A DNA stretch of 64,000 nt from Ascidiella aspersa (GCA_963924565.1 OZ004612.1:6882001-6946000), one strand, 5' to 3'; shown: positions 25,784 to 40,830, numbered from the stretch's first letter. Numbers and translations are program-made. The notes: a model not told the origin generated them from the letters alone.

Positions 25784-26519
25784 CTTTAGCGTGTCCACGT
25801 CAATCATTTAAAAATTAAGCACTGTTTAAGTGATGACGCTAATAATAATGCTTTACCAATTATGAAACTGCAGTGTTATGTTTTATTTTTTTTTGTCCAA
25901 TAGAGTCGCTAATATTGGTATGCTTATCTCCATGAACATTTGTTAAGCCAGTAAAACATACGTGCTAAAATGATATAAGTAAGGAGGATATATTAGTGAA
26001 TTCATGGTTAACTTAAGTGACGTATAAACTGCCAATCGGTAAATAAATCGATTTTTAGCCAAGTGAGGGCCATGAAATTTTGTTCCCGGCGCTGGTATCC
26101 TGATGAATAAAACGCAAAGAATTATAAGGGGTTTATCAAGTCGTAACGAAATTAATCTTTCGAAATAACAGTGTATACACCGCTTTGGCTTCTTTACCTT
26201 AAAGGTACCTAGACTCCATTACATGGATAACACACAGAAGGTTTCTTAAGTCTATACTATTTTATGAGGACAACTTATAAAGATATCTTTAAATATTTCA
26301 TGCTTAAACTGGTCCACGCGAAACACAATTTTTTTTTTCGCTTTTGTTCATCGGTAAAAATATTTTGTGAGCTTTCTGCACATCGAAAAACAGAGTTGAC
26401 TATTCAGCAACCAAGTATCGAACGGCGAAACGAGCAGTGCGTGGAAAATAAGCGTAAGAAGAGAACGGTTTACTTTGTGTACAATAAGTATGTGGGAAAT
26501 TGCACCACTGCTACTAGCA

Positions 26520-29500
26520 TTGTTTATGGTTTTCAAATAGTCATTTGCTAATAACTATACTCGGTCCAGACGGCAAACGAATTTGCAATTGTTGGAACTT
26601 CTTGTCAGAAAAAGAAATTAATCAAAGCACACTTCCGCGAGCCAAGCGCAACCGTATGGAACTAATTTAGGAAAGCTTTTGTCGAGTGCGGAAACTCTAC
26701 CCTAGTTAACCTTCCCAGGAAAAATTCCTTACCAAACATTGAGTGAATGTAAAATTCAGATTGATCTCCAACCAAAGTATTCCTTCTCCGAACCAAAAAA
26801 GTCCATCGAAGTAAATACGATTTGAAAAGATTTTGGAAGTTTACGATTAACTGTGTCTCAGTTATACTGTACATTTGTATTTAGCTACGGCGACAATTAC
26901 TATTTATTGTCACACAACCACTACTCATGACTATTCAAATCATAGATTACCTGATGTGTCATGGCCAGCTCTGTTTGACCCATCCCAAAGTAAGACCACC
27001 CTGTTCTAAGTAGGCAGTAGATGAATGGATAGAAAACGATATCAGTATAATATGAAATTCATAGAAATTATATTAGTATAAATGAATAAGAACATCATAA
27101 ATATCATTGTAGCAAATGCGTAGATTTACTTTAGGTTTCAATGCTTTTCCAACAAACTATTACGACTTATAATTTATTTATTTATTTTACTTTCTGGAAA
27201 CAACTGTTAGCTGAACGCATTTAAAAGAACCTGGTGAACAGTCGCTTACTCTTGTTGTAATCAGTTGATTTAAGGAACTTAAATCTTTGTTTTCGAATGA
27301 GAATTTAATAAAGTAATTTACGCTAATTGGCTATTTATTTTCATTTCCAAGTCTTACATTTGAAGGTAGGATTGGTTATGGTTTCCATATTCATCTGGCA
27401 ATACTACTCTACCCAGACGGCAAACGAGATGAAATTGAGCCTATCGGAAGTAGGAACTGACAATTCATAAACGCACACTTCCATACGCTAAGCGCAAGCG
27501 TTTGGAACTAATTTAGGATTAATTTTGTCGAGTACGGAAAAGAGTTTCCGTAGAGACTTAGCAGAGTCAACATTCTAAGGAAAAATTGTTAACCAAAAGT
27601 TTAGTGAATGGAAAATTCAGATTGGCCTCTGACGCGAGTTTTCCTTCTTCGAGACAATAAAAACCGTCGAAGTGAATATGACTTAAAAAGATTTTGGAAA
27701 TTTTCCGGGTACCTGTGTCTTCACTTGACGTTTGTATTTAATGGTGTGAAAATCATCATGTCCTATCACACAACTATTACTCATGACGATCCGAATCACA
27801 AATTACCTATGTGTCATGATCAGCTCTGTTTGACCCAATCCCGAACTAAGACCACCCTGTTCTCACTAGGCAATAAGAAAAGGGTGAACGTTCTAGATCG
27901 TTCAGGACAAATTTATTTTTAAATGTATAGAAATGATATAAACAAACAAGAATGTCATAAAATATGAGGTATATCATTGTAGCAAATGTGTAGATTTACT
28001 GTAGTTTTTAATGCGTTTCCGTACAAATTATTACCACATTAATTTATTTTCTCTCCGGGAAACAACTGTTAGCTGAACGCATTTAAACAACCTGGTGAAC
28101 AGTCGCTTACTGTTGTTGTAATCAGTTGATTTTAGGGAACTTAAATCTTTGTTTTCTAATGAGAATTAAATAAAGTAATATACGCTAATTGGCTATTTAT
28201 TTTCATTGCCTTGAATTTGATGGTAGCATTGCTTGTGGTTTCTATTCATCTGTTATTAACTACTCGGCCCAGAAGGCAAAGGAGTTTGAAGTTGTGCCTA
28301 TCACAAATAGGAAATGACAATTAATTGAGGCACAGTTCCATGCTCCAAGCGCAAGCGTTTGGAACTAATTTAGAAAAATTATTGTCCATTGCGGAAATTC
28401 TACACAGCCTTCCCAGGAAAAAAAATCTTTCTTAATTTAGTGAATGTAAAATTCTGATTGACCTCTGACGCGGGCTTTCTTTCTTAGAGTCAATAAAAGC
28501 CATCGAAGTGAATATAACTTGAAAAAAATTTACGGGTACCTGTGTTCCCATTTGACATTTGCATTTAATGGTGTAATAATCATCATGTCCTATCACAAAA
28601 CTATTACTCATGACTATTAGAATCACAGATCACTTGATGTTTCATGATCAGATCTGTTTGACCCATCCCGAAATAAGACCACCCTGTTCTCACTATAGGA
28701 TGGATGTTGTTGCTAAACCTTACAGAAAAGAAAGAACGGTTTAGATCGTCTAGGACAAATTTAGTTTTAAATGTATTGAAGTAATAACAGTATAAATAAA
28801 TAGGAATATCAATAATAAGTATGCCATTGTAGCCAATACGAGCTTTACTTTAGTTTTCAATACTTTTCAGTACACGCTAGTACGACTTGATTTTTTTATT
28901 TTTCTGGAAACAATGGTAAGTTAAACGCACTCATGAATCTGGTGAACAAGCGCTTATTGTTGTTGTACTGAGTTGACTTTGAACAAATTAAAACTTTGTT
29001 TTCAAATGAGAATAGATTTAAGTAATTTGCTCTTTATTTGCCAAGATTTTAATTTGATGGTAGTAATGGTTGTGGTTTCTTGGTCATACCGTAAACGAGT
29101 TTGGAATTGTGCTTCTAAAAATAAACATCTTGTCAGAAATATAGGAACTGACAATTAATAAATGCACACTTCCATGTTCACCGCAGTCGTTTGGAATTAA
29201 CGTAGGAATACTATTGTCGAGTGCGGAGCTCTACACAGCAGAGTCAACCTCCGCAGGAGAAATTCCTAACAAATATTGAGTTAATGTAACGATGTATAAA
29301 AAAATAGTTAAAATTATGTTAAATTTGCTCGAGGCCAAAGGTTCAGCAGTGTTTGGTGTGGGTGTCTTCGGCAACCCACTCTCCAAAAAGCGTTTGTGAG
29401 GCGCAGTATGATTGCATAGAGTATAAGCCCGTCCACCCTGATATTTAGTGCCCACATTCCCACTTTCCCAAAATAAGGCTTGAGGAAATGCGGTGCGGTG

Positions 29501-30165
29501 CACAGCGAAAATGCAAAAAAAACTTGGCAAGACGTCAGCTAGAATGTGGAAGGATCGAGTATCTGGGGAAAAGCAGCGAAAAAGAATTGCGTACAAGTTC
29601 GGCAGTTTTTACCAATAGCTTATTTATAGAACTCTATAATGCACATACGAAGTCTAAAAACTTGTTTGAGCAAAAACTTTGTAGTTCATGTATGAACCTG
29701 ATCAAATGCTGCTCTACATGTAACCTCTACATGCAGTTTTTTGGAAATTAACTTAGGAATACTATTGTCGAGTGCAGAGCTCGACACAGCCGAGTCAACA
29801 TTACCAGGAACAATTTCTAAACAAACATTGAGTGAATCTGAGGGATATTAAAAATATGTTTAAAATTATGTTAGGTTCGCTCGAGGAGCACCAGAATGTT
29901 TGTTGAGGGCCTTGCGCACACTATATCTATCAAAAAAGCGTTCACGAGTCTAGGCCTACCTATGACTGCATCGAGTTTAAACCCAAATCTAGTACCTGGC
30001 AGAACAGTCACGAAAAACAAGTTTGTGCAAGTTTGGAATCCGGTCAATTCGCCCATATTTGGCCGTTTTTACTCAGCTCTCTAGCGTTTCAATGCACACG
30101 CGAAGCCTAAAACCTTGTTTAAGCAAATCGGTGGAGTCCATACGATCAAATTCTACTCTATATGT
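26520..30165. repeat. Tandem array of ~850-bp units (3 full + 1 partial) followed by a ~550-bp duplication
   Basis: Anchor ggaactaatttag at ~26658, 27504 and 28361, with variants at ~29193 and 29743. caactgttagctgaacgcatttaaa..cctggtgaacagtcgcttac at ~27201 and 28062, variant ~28911. 29190-29735 resembles 29740-30165. Confidence 0.9.
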
Positions 30166-30707
30166 AAAACAATAGGCAGAGTCGTATAGGCAAACCCATA
30201 CAGATGAAATTAGTTGGGGCCGGTTGTCGTGGTTCAAACAACGCTTTTAAAGTGAATCACCAATTCCGGTCGGTGTAGTTGATGTAAGCTCGCGTCACAA
30301 TCTCTGTTTGACAATACATATTAAGGGGTAGCGCTTTTAAACAAGCAGCCTTAATTTTGACAACGTTTTGTGAAGAATACCATAATTCTGCTTCCGAAAG
30401 GTTTTGTGCGTATGGAGCCAGATGTTCTTCACACTCCAAGCAATGCATGACCGTATTCTGTTCATTGTATTTAACAAGAGATATGTTTGTATTATATAAA
30501 TTCACCTATCGAAAGGGTCAATCATTGTGAATCTCATGTTACAACACTTTAGCAGGTATGGAAAAATGAGACACAAATTGGGAAACTTGTTTAACATCTG
30601 GTCGGTATCAATTATTCTATAAAATTTGTAGTGTTAAAGCTGTATGCTATTGTGTTCAAGTTCAATTGTAGGTGATTATTTTTAGTTTTGCAAACAATCA
30701 AGAAAAC

Positions 30708-33700
30708 ATGTTCTTTACCTTGGTTTGGATTTCACTTGCATCGTTGCAAATCAAGGTTTCTGCCAACTGTAAGTTTAAACTTTAGCCAAATCTTAATATT
30801 AATATATTTGAAACCGGGTTGTTTTATTGTAAATGTTCATCTTTTCTGTATTTTTGTCTTTGCTGTAAATTAATTTCGTTGGTAGTCATAGAAATTTTAA
30901 GGGAACAACATATCTATGTTTGCTGGAAAAATAGGGGTTTCTAAACTTCTCCTAACCTCTGAACAAGCTATGACAAATGTTAACGCGCTGGTGCTCTAAT
31001 GCAGATTGCTTAGTTGACATTCTGTACGTGGTCGATAGTTCCGGGTCGAAAAGCCCGGGTAATTTCTCGACGATTAAAAATGTCCTCTTAAACACCTCCG
31101 ATCTTCTGGAACCGGTCTTTGGTACAAAGCTGCAAGTCGGCATTCTGCAGTATGGAGACACCAGTGGGTCTGGGTAAGCATAACGGTTAATTACAATGGT
31201 TTTAACTACAATCTGGCGACAGTCTCATGGCTAAAATGATGCTGCTTGCCGTGCGTATATTTTGTCAGTATGGTAAGACATTCAGTGAGCAATTCACATT
31301 GACAATATAACAAAGGTTTTATTACGACAGGTTTAAGACTTTGTTTAGGCTCGTTATAAACGCATGGAATATGTGATTTACCATGCGATAGAGAACTTGA
31401 AGTAAATGTTCGACATACCAAATGACGCCATTACTATGCTCAACAAGCATATTAGATGAAACTGAAAAAGTCAAATGTGTTTTATATTCAGATTAGTTAC
31501 CAAAAAAAATATTTAGCGTTAATTAAGAGCTATCTCCATTTGTCAACCTTTTATTTGATAAATTTACCTTTTTTCAATGTTGAGTGCTCCATGTTGGACA
31601 CAAAGTGAGAAAAACACAACAAATTAAAATGGCTATTTACTCGTACCGCGACAGTAAAATTCTTTAGAATTTAAACACACCATGGGTGTTCGACAGACCA
31701 ACGGAATCAGTCGATGAGTTATGAATATTTATGAAAATCAGGGAAGGAAAACAACTAGTATATCCTTTTGTATGGGAGGCCAAATAACAAAGGGCTCGCG
31801 AGCCGCATGCGGTTGTTTAATCAGTTTTATTTTACGTGCCTAACGTTTTGCCTATTTTAACTACTTTAATGCAAAATTGTTTTGCGCTTCACGAAAAATT
31901 TCGGTTACTCTTTATCAGGTTTTTGAATTTTTTCGTTTGGAATAAACACATGCGTCTCATGGCGGTATAAGTCTAAAGGGCGAAAACATTTGTCGCCAAA
32001 ATAAGGGATTGATATTTATTTTTGCCATGTGTTTGGTTTGCCTAATTGCGGTTAATCAATCAAAAATTGTGGCTCTTGATCCCTGATGGTCAAATCCTGC
32101 CCTATTGATACAGAAAAGGCATTGAAAAAACCTGAAGTTCTCCAGTCGAGAAGTCTCCTAACATACAACCGCATTAGCAGCCCTAATTTTGCCTTTTTTT
32201 ATAAAATTTGTAGTGAAACCAGCATTACATACCAGTATATAAGCAAATCCAGTTCTGTAATGACTATTTCTAAAATACCACATTTATACGTATTTATCAC
32301 TGCGGAATAATATGAAAATATCCTTAATCTCTTCACGAAGATGGTTGTGTTGCGAAGGTCAGAGAACATGTTTCTCGTTTTAGTCAAATAGTATTTGTAA
32401 CTTAATCCAATATTACCTGAGCCCGTCGAAATTGAAAAACCGACTACTAATGGTAAATAGGCAATTAAGGTTAGATTATCGCTTTTCACTAATGACTACT
32501 GTATTCATGGTTTTGATTAAATAAGAACTATAAATTTTCATTACATTATTTACCAGGCAACTATTTGGCTGAGCAGTGACGTTCGTTTATTTTGTCACAT
32601 TATTCAGGCGGCCTAACACCACCAATGACCGGGTGGATAAAACAAACAAATTTATTAAACGATTCTACCAATCCTTTATATTAGAAAGTAAAAACGGAAA
32701 GCAAAGGCGCATTGTGTTCAAAAATATCAGCAACAAATCCTAATTACAGCTGCATTATAATTTAGTCCCAAATTTGCATCGTTAATTCCCTATTACTACA
32801 CGACGCCCTTGACACTGGGTCAATGCAACAGCACAACCTGCTACCGGGAAGTAATAAATACAAGGATGTTTTACTATCGTTCATCAAGAACTTTGACTTT
32901 AACTGCATCAGCAATAGAAAGATCTGTAAAGGTGAGAACCAATTTCTTACAACAAATTAACATAAAACGTAAAAAATAAATTAACATAAAACGTGAAAAA
33001 TACTAAACAAAATGAAACACTTATAGTAGAGTTAAGACGGATCGTAAAGTTCCACTAAATTAGCAGGGAACATTGACAATTTTTATTGCGAACTACAGAT
33101 CTGGTGTACGCCTTAATCAAGTATCTTATCACTGGTGTTTGTAAACTCTACCTATATGATGTCAAACTACTTTTGTAGTTTATTTTGCTTTTGTACATTA
33201 CTGGCAAGAGGCCGACAGAGCGAAAAAAGAGCGCGATTGTTGGGTAGGCTATAGAAACGATGCAAAAAATACATCGTCTTTCCACATACAAAAAAATGTA
33301 TTAGTTATGAAACACTTTTTTATTTGTCAAGGTTGAGTTTCCTAAAAGCAAACGTAGTAGTTCTGCAAATAAAATATTGATCCTCATCACAGATGAAGAG
33401 GCGACCGATAAAGGGAACTTGATGAAAAGGTACAGCTATTTGTTCAGTTTGTGATTTATTTCGGTCTGTGGTTTGTCGGTATTCTATGAGTGAAAGTAGA
33501 TTTTTTAAGTAAGCTTAGGAAACCTAAGTTTATCAGCTGAACGGTTGATTTAAATGCATTTATAAAGATGGCGATATCGTCTGGCAAGACATGACTTGAT
33601 AACAACATCCATTTTCTCCCGGTATGGCGAATGTAAATAAATTATGATATCGGAACGCCTTTACTGACCTTTCCTGTTTAATTTCACCTCTACATGTGGC

Positions 33701-36700
33701 TATGTAATAATGATTTTATGGCATCTTGCCTTAGCTACAACCTTACTGAAGCCAACAACATTACTGTGTACGCCGTTGGTGTCGGAAATGTATCTTTACC
33801 GGATCTACGTATCAGCGCGAACGGAGGAGCGACGAACGAAGGAGTTTACAACATTTCCGGCTTTACGAAGCTCAACCAAGTGATAAGAACAATTATCGGG
33901 AACATTGTGGCCGACTGCATTTCGAGTGAGTTTTAGTTGGCAATGCCATCATTTGTTCATTTTATCGGGCGGATCTTGCCGTTATTTTTGCGTGTTCCTT
34001 ATGTGTTGCATCACAAAAAACAGCTTGTAAAAAATAACTTTTAGCTTGTATGACCGAAGGGCCTACCCTGCTTTGTGGACCATTTTTGTGTAAAAAACAA
34101 ACAAGATTCAATGTCTTAGAGTGGGTTAAAAACCAATGAGTTAGAACTAAAATAAAACCGTCTTTAAACAAATTATTAGTAATTGACTTCTAATTCAACA
34201 AATAAAAAACATGTTTTTTGAATGATTTAAATTATTTCATACTACTTTTAGCAACAGTAGCACAATACTCCAATTTGATTGCTACGATGAAATTTAACCA
34301 AACATTTCTTTTTCCAAATGCAATAAAACGCAAAACAGTTACAACAGCAGCTCCTGCAACTTTGGTTCAAGCTACAGAAATACATTCAGTAGCACCTCAA
34401 GAATGGAATACCAGCACTACTGCAACAGGTTATGAGTTTGCTTTACTAAGGTTACTGGTAGCTGGTTTAATTAACTGAGAGTCCAAAAGAAAATAATATT
34501 ACAATTTAAAAAAATTCCCAAAATGTTTAAACGGAAAATATCAAACATATTAGTGATAGTAAAACAAGTAAAGTATTCTCAATCTTACATATTTTGGGAC
34601 TAACCGAAACCTAAAAAGCAATACCACAACAAAAAAGCTTATAGCAAGGTAATGGTGATCATAAAGAAGTGGAACAAACATCGGTGATATTTTTTAACTG
34701 GTAAAAGCACATCAATGGCGTTTGTAGTAGACATTACGTTTAGCCCAAAACATTATATTATCTAATGCTTTGGGTGCAGGTCGTATTCTGAAACTATATG
34801 GGAAGCATAACCTCACTGTTCGACTATAGACCACATGTAAAAATATTGTTCGTTCATGTTTGTTTAGCAAGTTTTAACATCAAATTCGGTTAAAAAAATT
34901 AAAAAGAAAAAGCGGAGGATAAAATTTAGCAATCTTCGATTCAAACAGGAAGTTCTTGTCACATGATAAGTTACATCGAAAGTTTAAGTACCCATATACC
35001 ATATTTTTGGCGTCTTGACAAAGAGTGAGCCACCTCAATGGAGCAGCATCCAATCTATAACAAGTTACGACAAGTTATTCTCTAGTATAAGTTAAATAAA
35101 GAGGTAGTTAAGCAAACGGCCTCCGACGTACATTGCCAAGTTGAACTACATGGCGATCCATGTGAGGTAAATGGAAATTTAACATAATACCAGAGTAATT
35201 TTGCTAAAACTGCTTATCATAAGCCAATACGCAGCACTTAATCTTGGCAAAAGTATGAGTTTGTTTTGAAAAGCCTTCACAAACAAACTATTTCGCAATT
35301 ACCGATTCTGATCACGCTTTATAATTTCACAGTGAACAATGAAGTCTGAACTTCGCAAAAGCGATGAATTTATTTTGATTTGTTTGCTGTTACACGGAAG
35401 CTGCGTTCAAACCAGTAACCCGTTAAACGAAATTTGCTAACTGGTAAAACCGCTGCAATAAGCGCGACATTTTGCGAACTCCTCTTTGATTTTCCATAGC
35501 TAAACATATAGCAAGAAATATTTAAACCTAAAAGTCTTAATTTGGAACGTTGCACTATGTGGCGCTGTACACGTTAGATCAGTATAAATTTCATAGCATG
35601 TAACTCTTTTCTTGCATTTAGTGGGCAGCACAACTCCAAAGGCGTTTGTCGTCTTTTGACTGTTAGCCGTTAATAGGAGTTAATTAATCCCTGCAATAAG
35701 ACTATCGAATTACAACATAAGGATAAGGCCAGTGTGGAAGCGGCATTGATTGACTTAAGCATGGTGTAAATGAGTATGACGACTATTTGGGAGAAATATA
35801 AAATTCAATTCTTCATCTTGTGAGCTTAAATTATTTTTAAGCTTACTTTGTACAAAGTTTGTTATACAATGTAAAAGTTGTAACCCCGAAAGCACGTTGT
35901 GAGTTACCAAACTACATCTTAGGTAAAAAAGATCATGAATATGAAAACGTTAAGTGGTAATTGACATATGATCCTAGAGTGATGTCACGGATTCGTCATA
36001 GGACTAAGAAGTACGCAAATAATGTTTAAAAAACATGACACTTTTTTTAAACCTAAACGTCATCGCGTGGCTCAAAAAGTGCGATAAATAAAACATAAAA
36101 AATATATAAACTGTGATGTCTTTTTTGGCATTTTTTGATGATCGGAGAACATGTAGCATAGCTTGCAAAAACAAAAGCGTTGATCGCCCATTGACTGTTT
36201 GCCGCTGATTGTGTTTTAAATGGCTTATTTAAATTATCCCCACAATAAGACTATAACACGTACACAAATAAGACTATAACACCAAGAATACGACCTGTGT
36301 GTTTGAAGCCGCATGTTACTGTCGATGGTTAAAATAAGATTGTGACTATTTATAATGCAACCCAAATGCACTGTTGTTTCTAAAATGGTGCAATTAAATA
36401 TTCTACTATAGCATACAACGACTGGAAAAGCGTATAACACACTTTGAAGTAATGAAGAACCTTAGTATTAAGCCAAAATGTAATCCTGGTACTAAACTGC
36501 GCCTAACGTATGATAAATCCCCTTTTAATAACAAATTACTCACTTCTGTTGAAACTGTTGCAATATACAAAAAAGATATTACGAATCTTCTAACATTTAC
36601 TTCGTAACACACTTTAAGGTTACACTGTAACAATTGGCCTAAATCACTATCAAATTATTCTCGAAAAGGTTTGTTGTAAGATATCCGTTAAAGTTTCCTG

Positions 36701-39615
36701 ATTGCTTCGTCAAAGTATGCTTAGGATACGACCCGTGTGTTAGCAATATTTGTTCGGATTGTTTAATATTCAACAAACAGATTATCCCGTTTCCCCATAG
36801 CGTAGCCTATACAAAGTATTAAAAAGCCGTGGGAAAAAAAGTGAAATTTGCTTACTGGTTAAACGCCGTGATTATCAGGATACTTTGCGAACTTTTGTCA
36901 AAATTTGCGTGGGTATTGTAAGAAGCAAATAGTATTTTAACCCGTTTAAATGTGTAAATTATCATTATCATGTTTAACAGAGTTACGACGACCCCCGCGT
37001 GAGATGCGCGCTCATTACTCCGCCTCTTCTCTCATAGAATTTTTTTTCTTGTGGGAGTATATAACTGTTTCTTTCTCTGCTATATGAACCTATATGCCGA
37101 TGGAACAACAAGCCACATAATATAGGGATATTTGTATTGTTAATATTTAAGAAATCATATTTACGTTGTTCGTTTACGACCATATTGCGACATAAAACGA
37201 TTTCAATATAAGACTTGCACCTATTCAACGCCAAACAACGTGCATAATAAAATAAGTATATCTTTGGTTGTAGAAACCGAGAAAGTCTTGAGGTTGCTGG
37301 CCAACATTTCGTCTTCTTACGGCGATGATACCGATTCTTTACAAAAGCTCAATTCATTGGAAAACAACCTGAGGCAACTTTCGAAAGGCAACTATTCCTT
37401 ACAATACAACCTCACAAAAGTTAGCCTACAAGTTGTGGTGAAATATGTCGCCTCAACCGATGGAACAGCCACGTCAGGTTTAGTCAATTTTGATAAATCC
37501 TCGGTAAATGCTAGCTTCCAGAATGCCGGCATTTTTCCAGTGGCCATGATAATGTTTGAAGCCGTTTTTAAAAGCAAATCAACATCTTGCGCTTTTGTCA
37601 AAACTGGTCAACAGGATCCCGGCAAACGTTATGCTGAACTAAGCCCCAAGGTTTTTACCGGCGTGTCTGGATACGATTCAAAAACTGGCGCCAGACTAAT
37701 GGGCTCCGTTGCTTTTTCGCGGAAAGTTAAAAATGCCGAACAGACGTCGCGCGGTATTTGCCAAAACAATGTCATCTCCACGAAAAACCTAGGCTTGGAG
37801 AAAGTTGAATATGCGTGCAGTTTTATCGACGGATCTTCGGCCTATTCTACCGCCGGGTGTCGCAATAAAGTGATAGGCGACCGGGTCTACTGCGAATGTG
37901 ATCACCTCACCGTGTTCTCTATTCTGCTCTCAATGAAAACAAGGGCCATTTCAGTTGGAGTTAAAGTAAGAGATTGTCAATTTATAACATAAATGCATTG
38001 GAACAAAAATTCAGTAATTATACGAACAGATAAAGACATACTTTATGACAGATTTCGCACTAAGTCTTTTATTAGGTTGATTTTGTTAGGAGCAATGAAT
38101 TCCTAGGAACACTTCGACTGATACAACCAATTTAAATAGCAACTTTTGTAAACCATACAAACACAACCCAAAATATTTAATTCTAAATTGCCAATTCCCC
38201 AAACAAACATCACTTCATTCATTTACTTTAGGTCCTCTCGTATATTTGCGAGTCAATCTCGATTTGCTTCCTCGTGCTCAGCTTCGTGCTATTGTTACGT
38301 CATAAGCGCCAAATCGCGAGCGACCGGACCCTTATCCAGCTCTGTGTCGTCTTCTCCATTCTGCTCCTCCACGTCGCCAATCTCCTCCAGGATGCAGCGA
38401 TCCTCGACGAAGTCGGTTGTGTCTTCCTCTCTGCCTGCATCCAGTTCTTCTTACTAGCATCAGGTAAGTTTTAAACGAAAGCATGGTAGTTATATATGAC
38501 GCGTAAACATATTGTATTGCTTTCATCTGGTCAATTATATAAAAGGTAGTTTCTTCAAATTTTGCACAGAACTTAATTATTGTGAAGCTGACCAATACAC
38601 TGTTTAACAGATGTTTTTAAATTTGAGATATTTAAATATTTATTTCCAGTTGAAACAAATTACTTTTAATTAACCTTCAAAACACCTGGGAAAAAAATAT
38701 TTTATCTTTTTCTATTCCTAAATAAGTAGCTTGTCTTTTTGTTGTTTTATTAGTTGTCTGGTTTACGATCGACGGAATCCGAATGACAATGGCCATGACG
38801 AACCCGATTGGATTCCAGGTCCAAGACTCTCAAAAGCGATCCAAGGTGTTCTTGGTGGTCGGTTGGCTCATCCCGGCACTTCTAGTTGGATCAGCGCTCG
38901 CCGCTGGTCTTCCCACAGGAAACTACATGAAGGTCAATATCAATCAAGGGAAACAACAAGCAGGACGCAAATTTGACAGATGCTGGCTGGATCCTGGCAC
39001 CAACATATTTATTGTCACTGTGATCGTGCCGATCGCGATTTGTCTGGTGGTCAACGTTATCTTTGCCCTTATCTGTTCCTGGGTGCTTCTTTCCTCCAGG
39101 AAGAAAAAGAAGCGAAGAAGTCCGGAGGAAATGGATCAAGACGCGAAGACGTTTTTCCGCGCCTTCCTTTTCTTGATGCTGGTTCTTGGAACAACTTGGG
39201 TTCTTGGATTTTTTACAGGTAAAATTTGCAATCAATGGGTTTGTGGCATTCCATGACCTTCAAGTTAAAATTTTACTTTTTCTTTGCGAATTTGTTCTTT
39301 TTGTATTTTAAGTAACCTTTAGCATAAATGTTGTATTTAATTTCAGGTTCTTCAAGCCGTAAATAACCTTATAAATTTAGAGTTTAATTAAAAGCTATTT
39401 TTGATCCAGGTGTCGGCGACGAGGTGACGTCAGAAGTAATGACGTACATCCACACGCTGGTGAACGGGCTTCAGGGATTGGCGGTGTTCTATTGCTACTG
39501 CGTCAAGAATGACGTCATTCGCAAGAAGATATCCTGCGTAGGAAAAACTGCCTGGGTTTCAGGCCAGGAGTCTTCAAGCAACCATAACCTAACCCAGCAA
39601 ACTTCCCGTACTTAG
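30708..39615 (+). CDS. Adhesion GPCR copy 2: signal peptide - VWA domain - short Thr-rich stalk - GAIN/GPS - 7TM
   Basis: Exons 30708-30768, 31005-31173, 32766-32931, 33332-33429, 33735-33925, 34252-34428, 37274-37965, 38232-38463, 38754-39218, 39410-39615 join in phase. VWA motifs DILYVVDSSGS, QVGILQYG, KILILITD, VYAVGVG; GPS CECDHL/TVFSILL. Small extra exons cannot be excluded. Confidence 0.88.
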
Positions 39616-40625
39616 AAAACAACCAAATATAATTGTTCGGCGGTTTATCTATTCAGTTAGACCCACGTGGTTAATATGGTGACGTTTAACAACTATAGAT
39701 TTATGCAACAATTTTTGATGAATGCCTGATTTGTTAACACCGAGTTAATTTTAAATTAATCTCTGTATATACTATACTTCCATTTTTTTTAAATCGATTT
39801 CTTTCTTCGTTTATTGATTTTCAGCATTGTTATAGCTTTTTAAAAATGTATGCACGATAAACATTTAAAAAATTATACTGTCGCTAATAACGTGTTACCA
39901 TTTCAGAAACTGCAGTGTAATGTTTACTTTAATTTGGTTAAATGCATAACTTATTAAGTATTAATATTATGCTTATCTCCATGCGAATTTGATTAAGCCA
40001 TCAAAACATTCTTAAGAAGAAAAAATTGTGAATTAATGGTTCACTTAAGTGGCGTCGAAACTGTCAATCAGTTAAAAAATATCAATTTTTAGCCCAGTGG
40101 TGGTAATGCAACTTTATTTCGCCGCTGGTATTTCGATGAATAACACGCATTGAATTTTAGGAGGTCTATGAAAGCCTGTTCAAATTTTGGCGTACCTATT
40201 ATTTGAGAAATCAAAATAATCACTCGAAATGACGGAGTCTAACGGACAAACAGCTTTGGCGACTTCGCCTTGAATTTAGCTAAACTCCATTACATGGATA
40301 AAACAGCAGGTTTTTGAAGTCTATCGGTTTCATGAAGACAATTTGTAAAGTCATCTTTAAACATTTGATGCGAAGCCCGGTCCACGCGAAACAAAATTTT
40401 CTTTTTTGCATTTGGTTTGTACCCATACTAATCAGTCAAAATATTTTGTAAGCTTTCTGCTCATTGTAAAACGTGGTTTTGTTACCTGGCGCTAAACGAA
40501 TGGAAAAAATGTCAACATATACGAGGAAATAACTTAATTTTGAGGATGCTTCTAGACAAATGTAATATACTGTAGCCTGCAGAAAATTTCAGCTGATGTG
40601 TGTAAAGGTATTATGATGTCATAAA

Positions 40626-40830
40626 GAACTCCAGCCATAAGACCGAAATAAGAATAGCATCAACGTCGAAATAAAACACAACCGGAATAAGACCAAAATA
40701 GGTGTAATACCTAATAGTAGTAAACCCGTCTATATGGGAATAAGTCCTAATTCCGCCGGAAGAAGACCTAAATGCTCAGAATCAGACCAATACAACATTT
40801 TACCTATTACTAACTCCCCTAACAAGTGTT
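40626..40830 (+). repeat. Dispersed repeat family A
   Basis: ccagccataagaccgaaataagaatagcatcaacg...ggaataagtcctaa; similar to 1-137 (reverse) and 51800-51900. Confidence 0.6.

Noticed and set aside
29320-29920. LEAKGSAVFGVGV and VRSRSTRMFVEGL resemble a VWA strand
   Set aside because: Very short matches with stops nearby and no further alignment.
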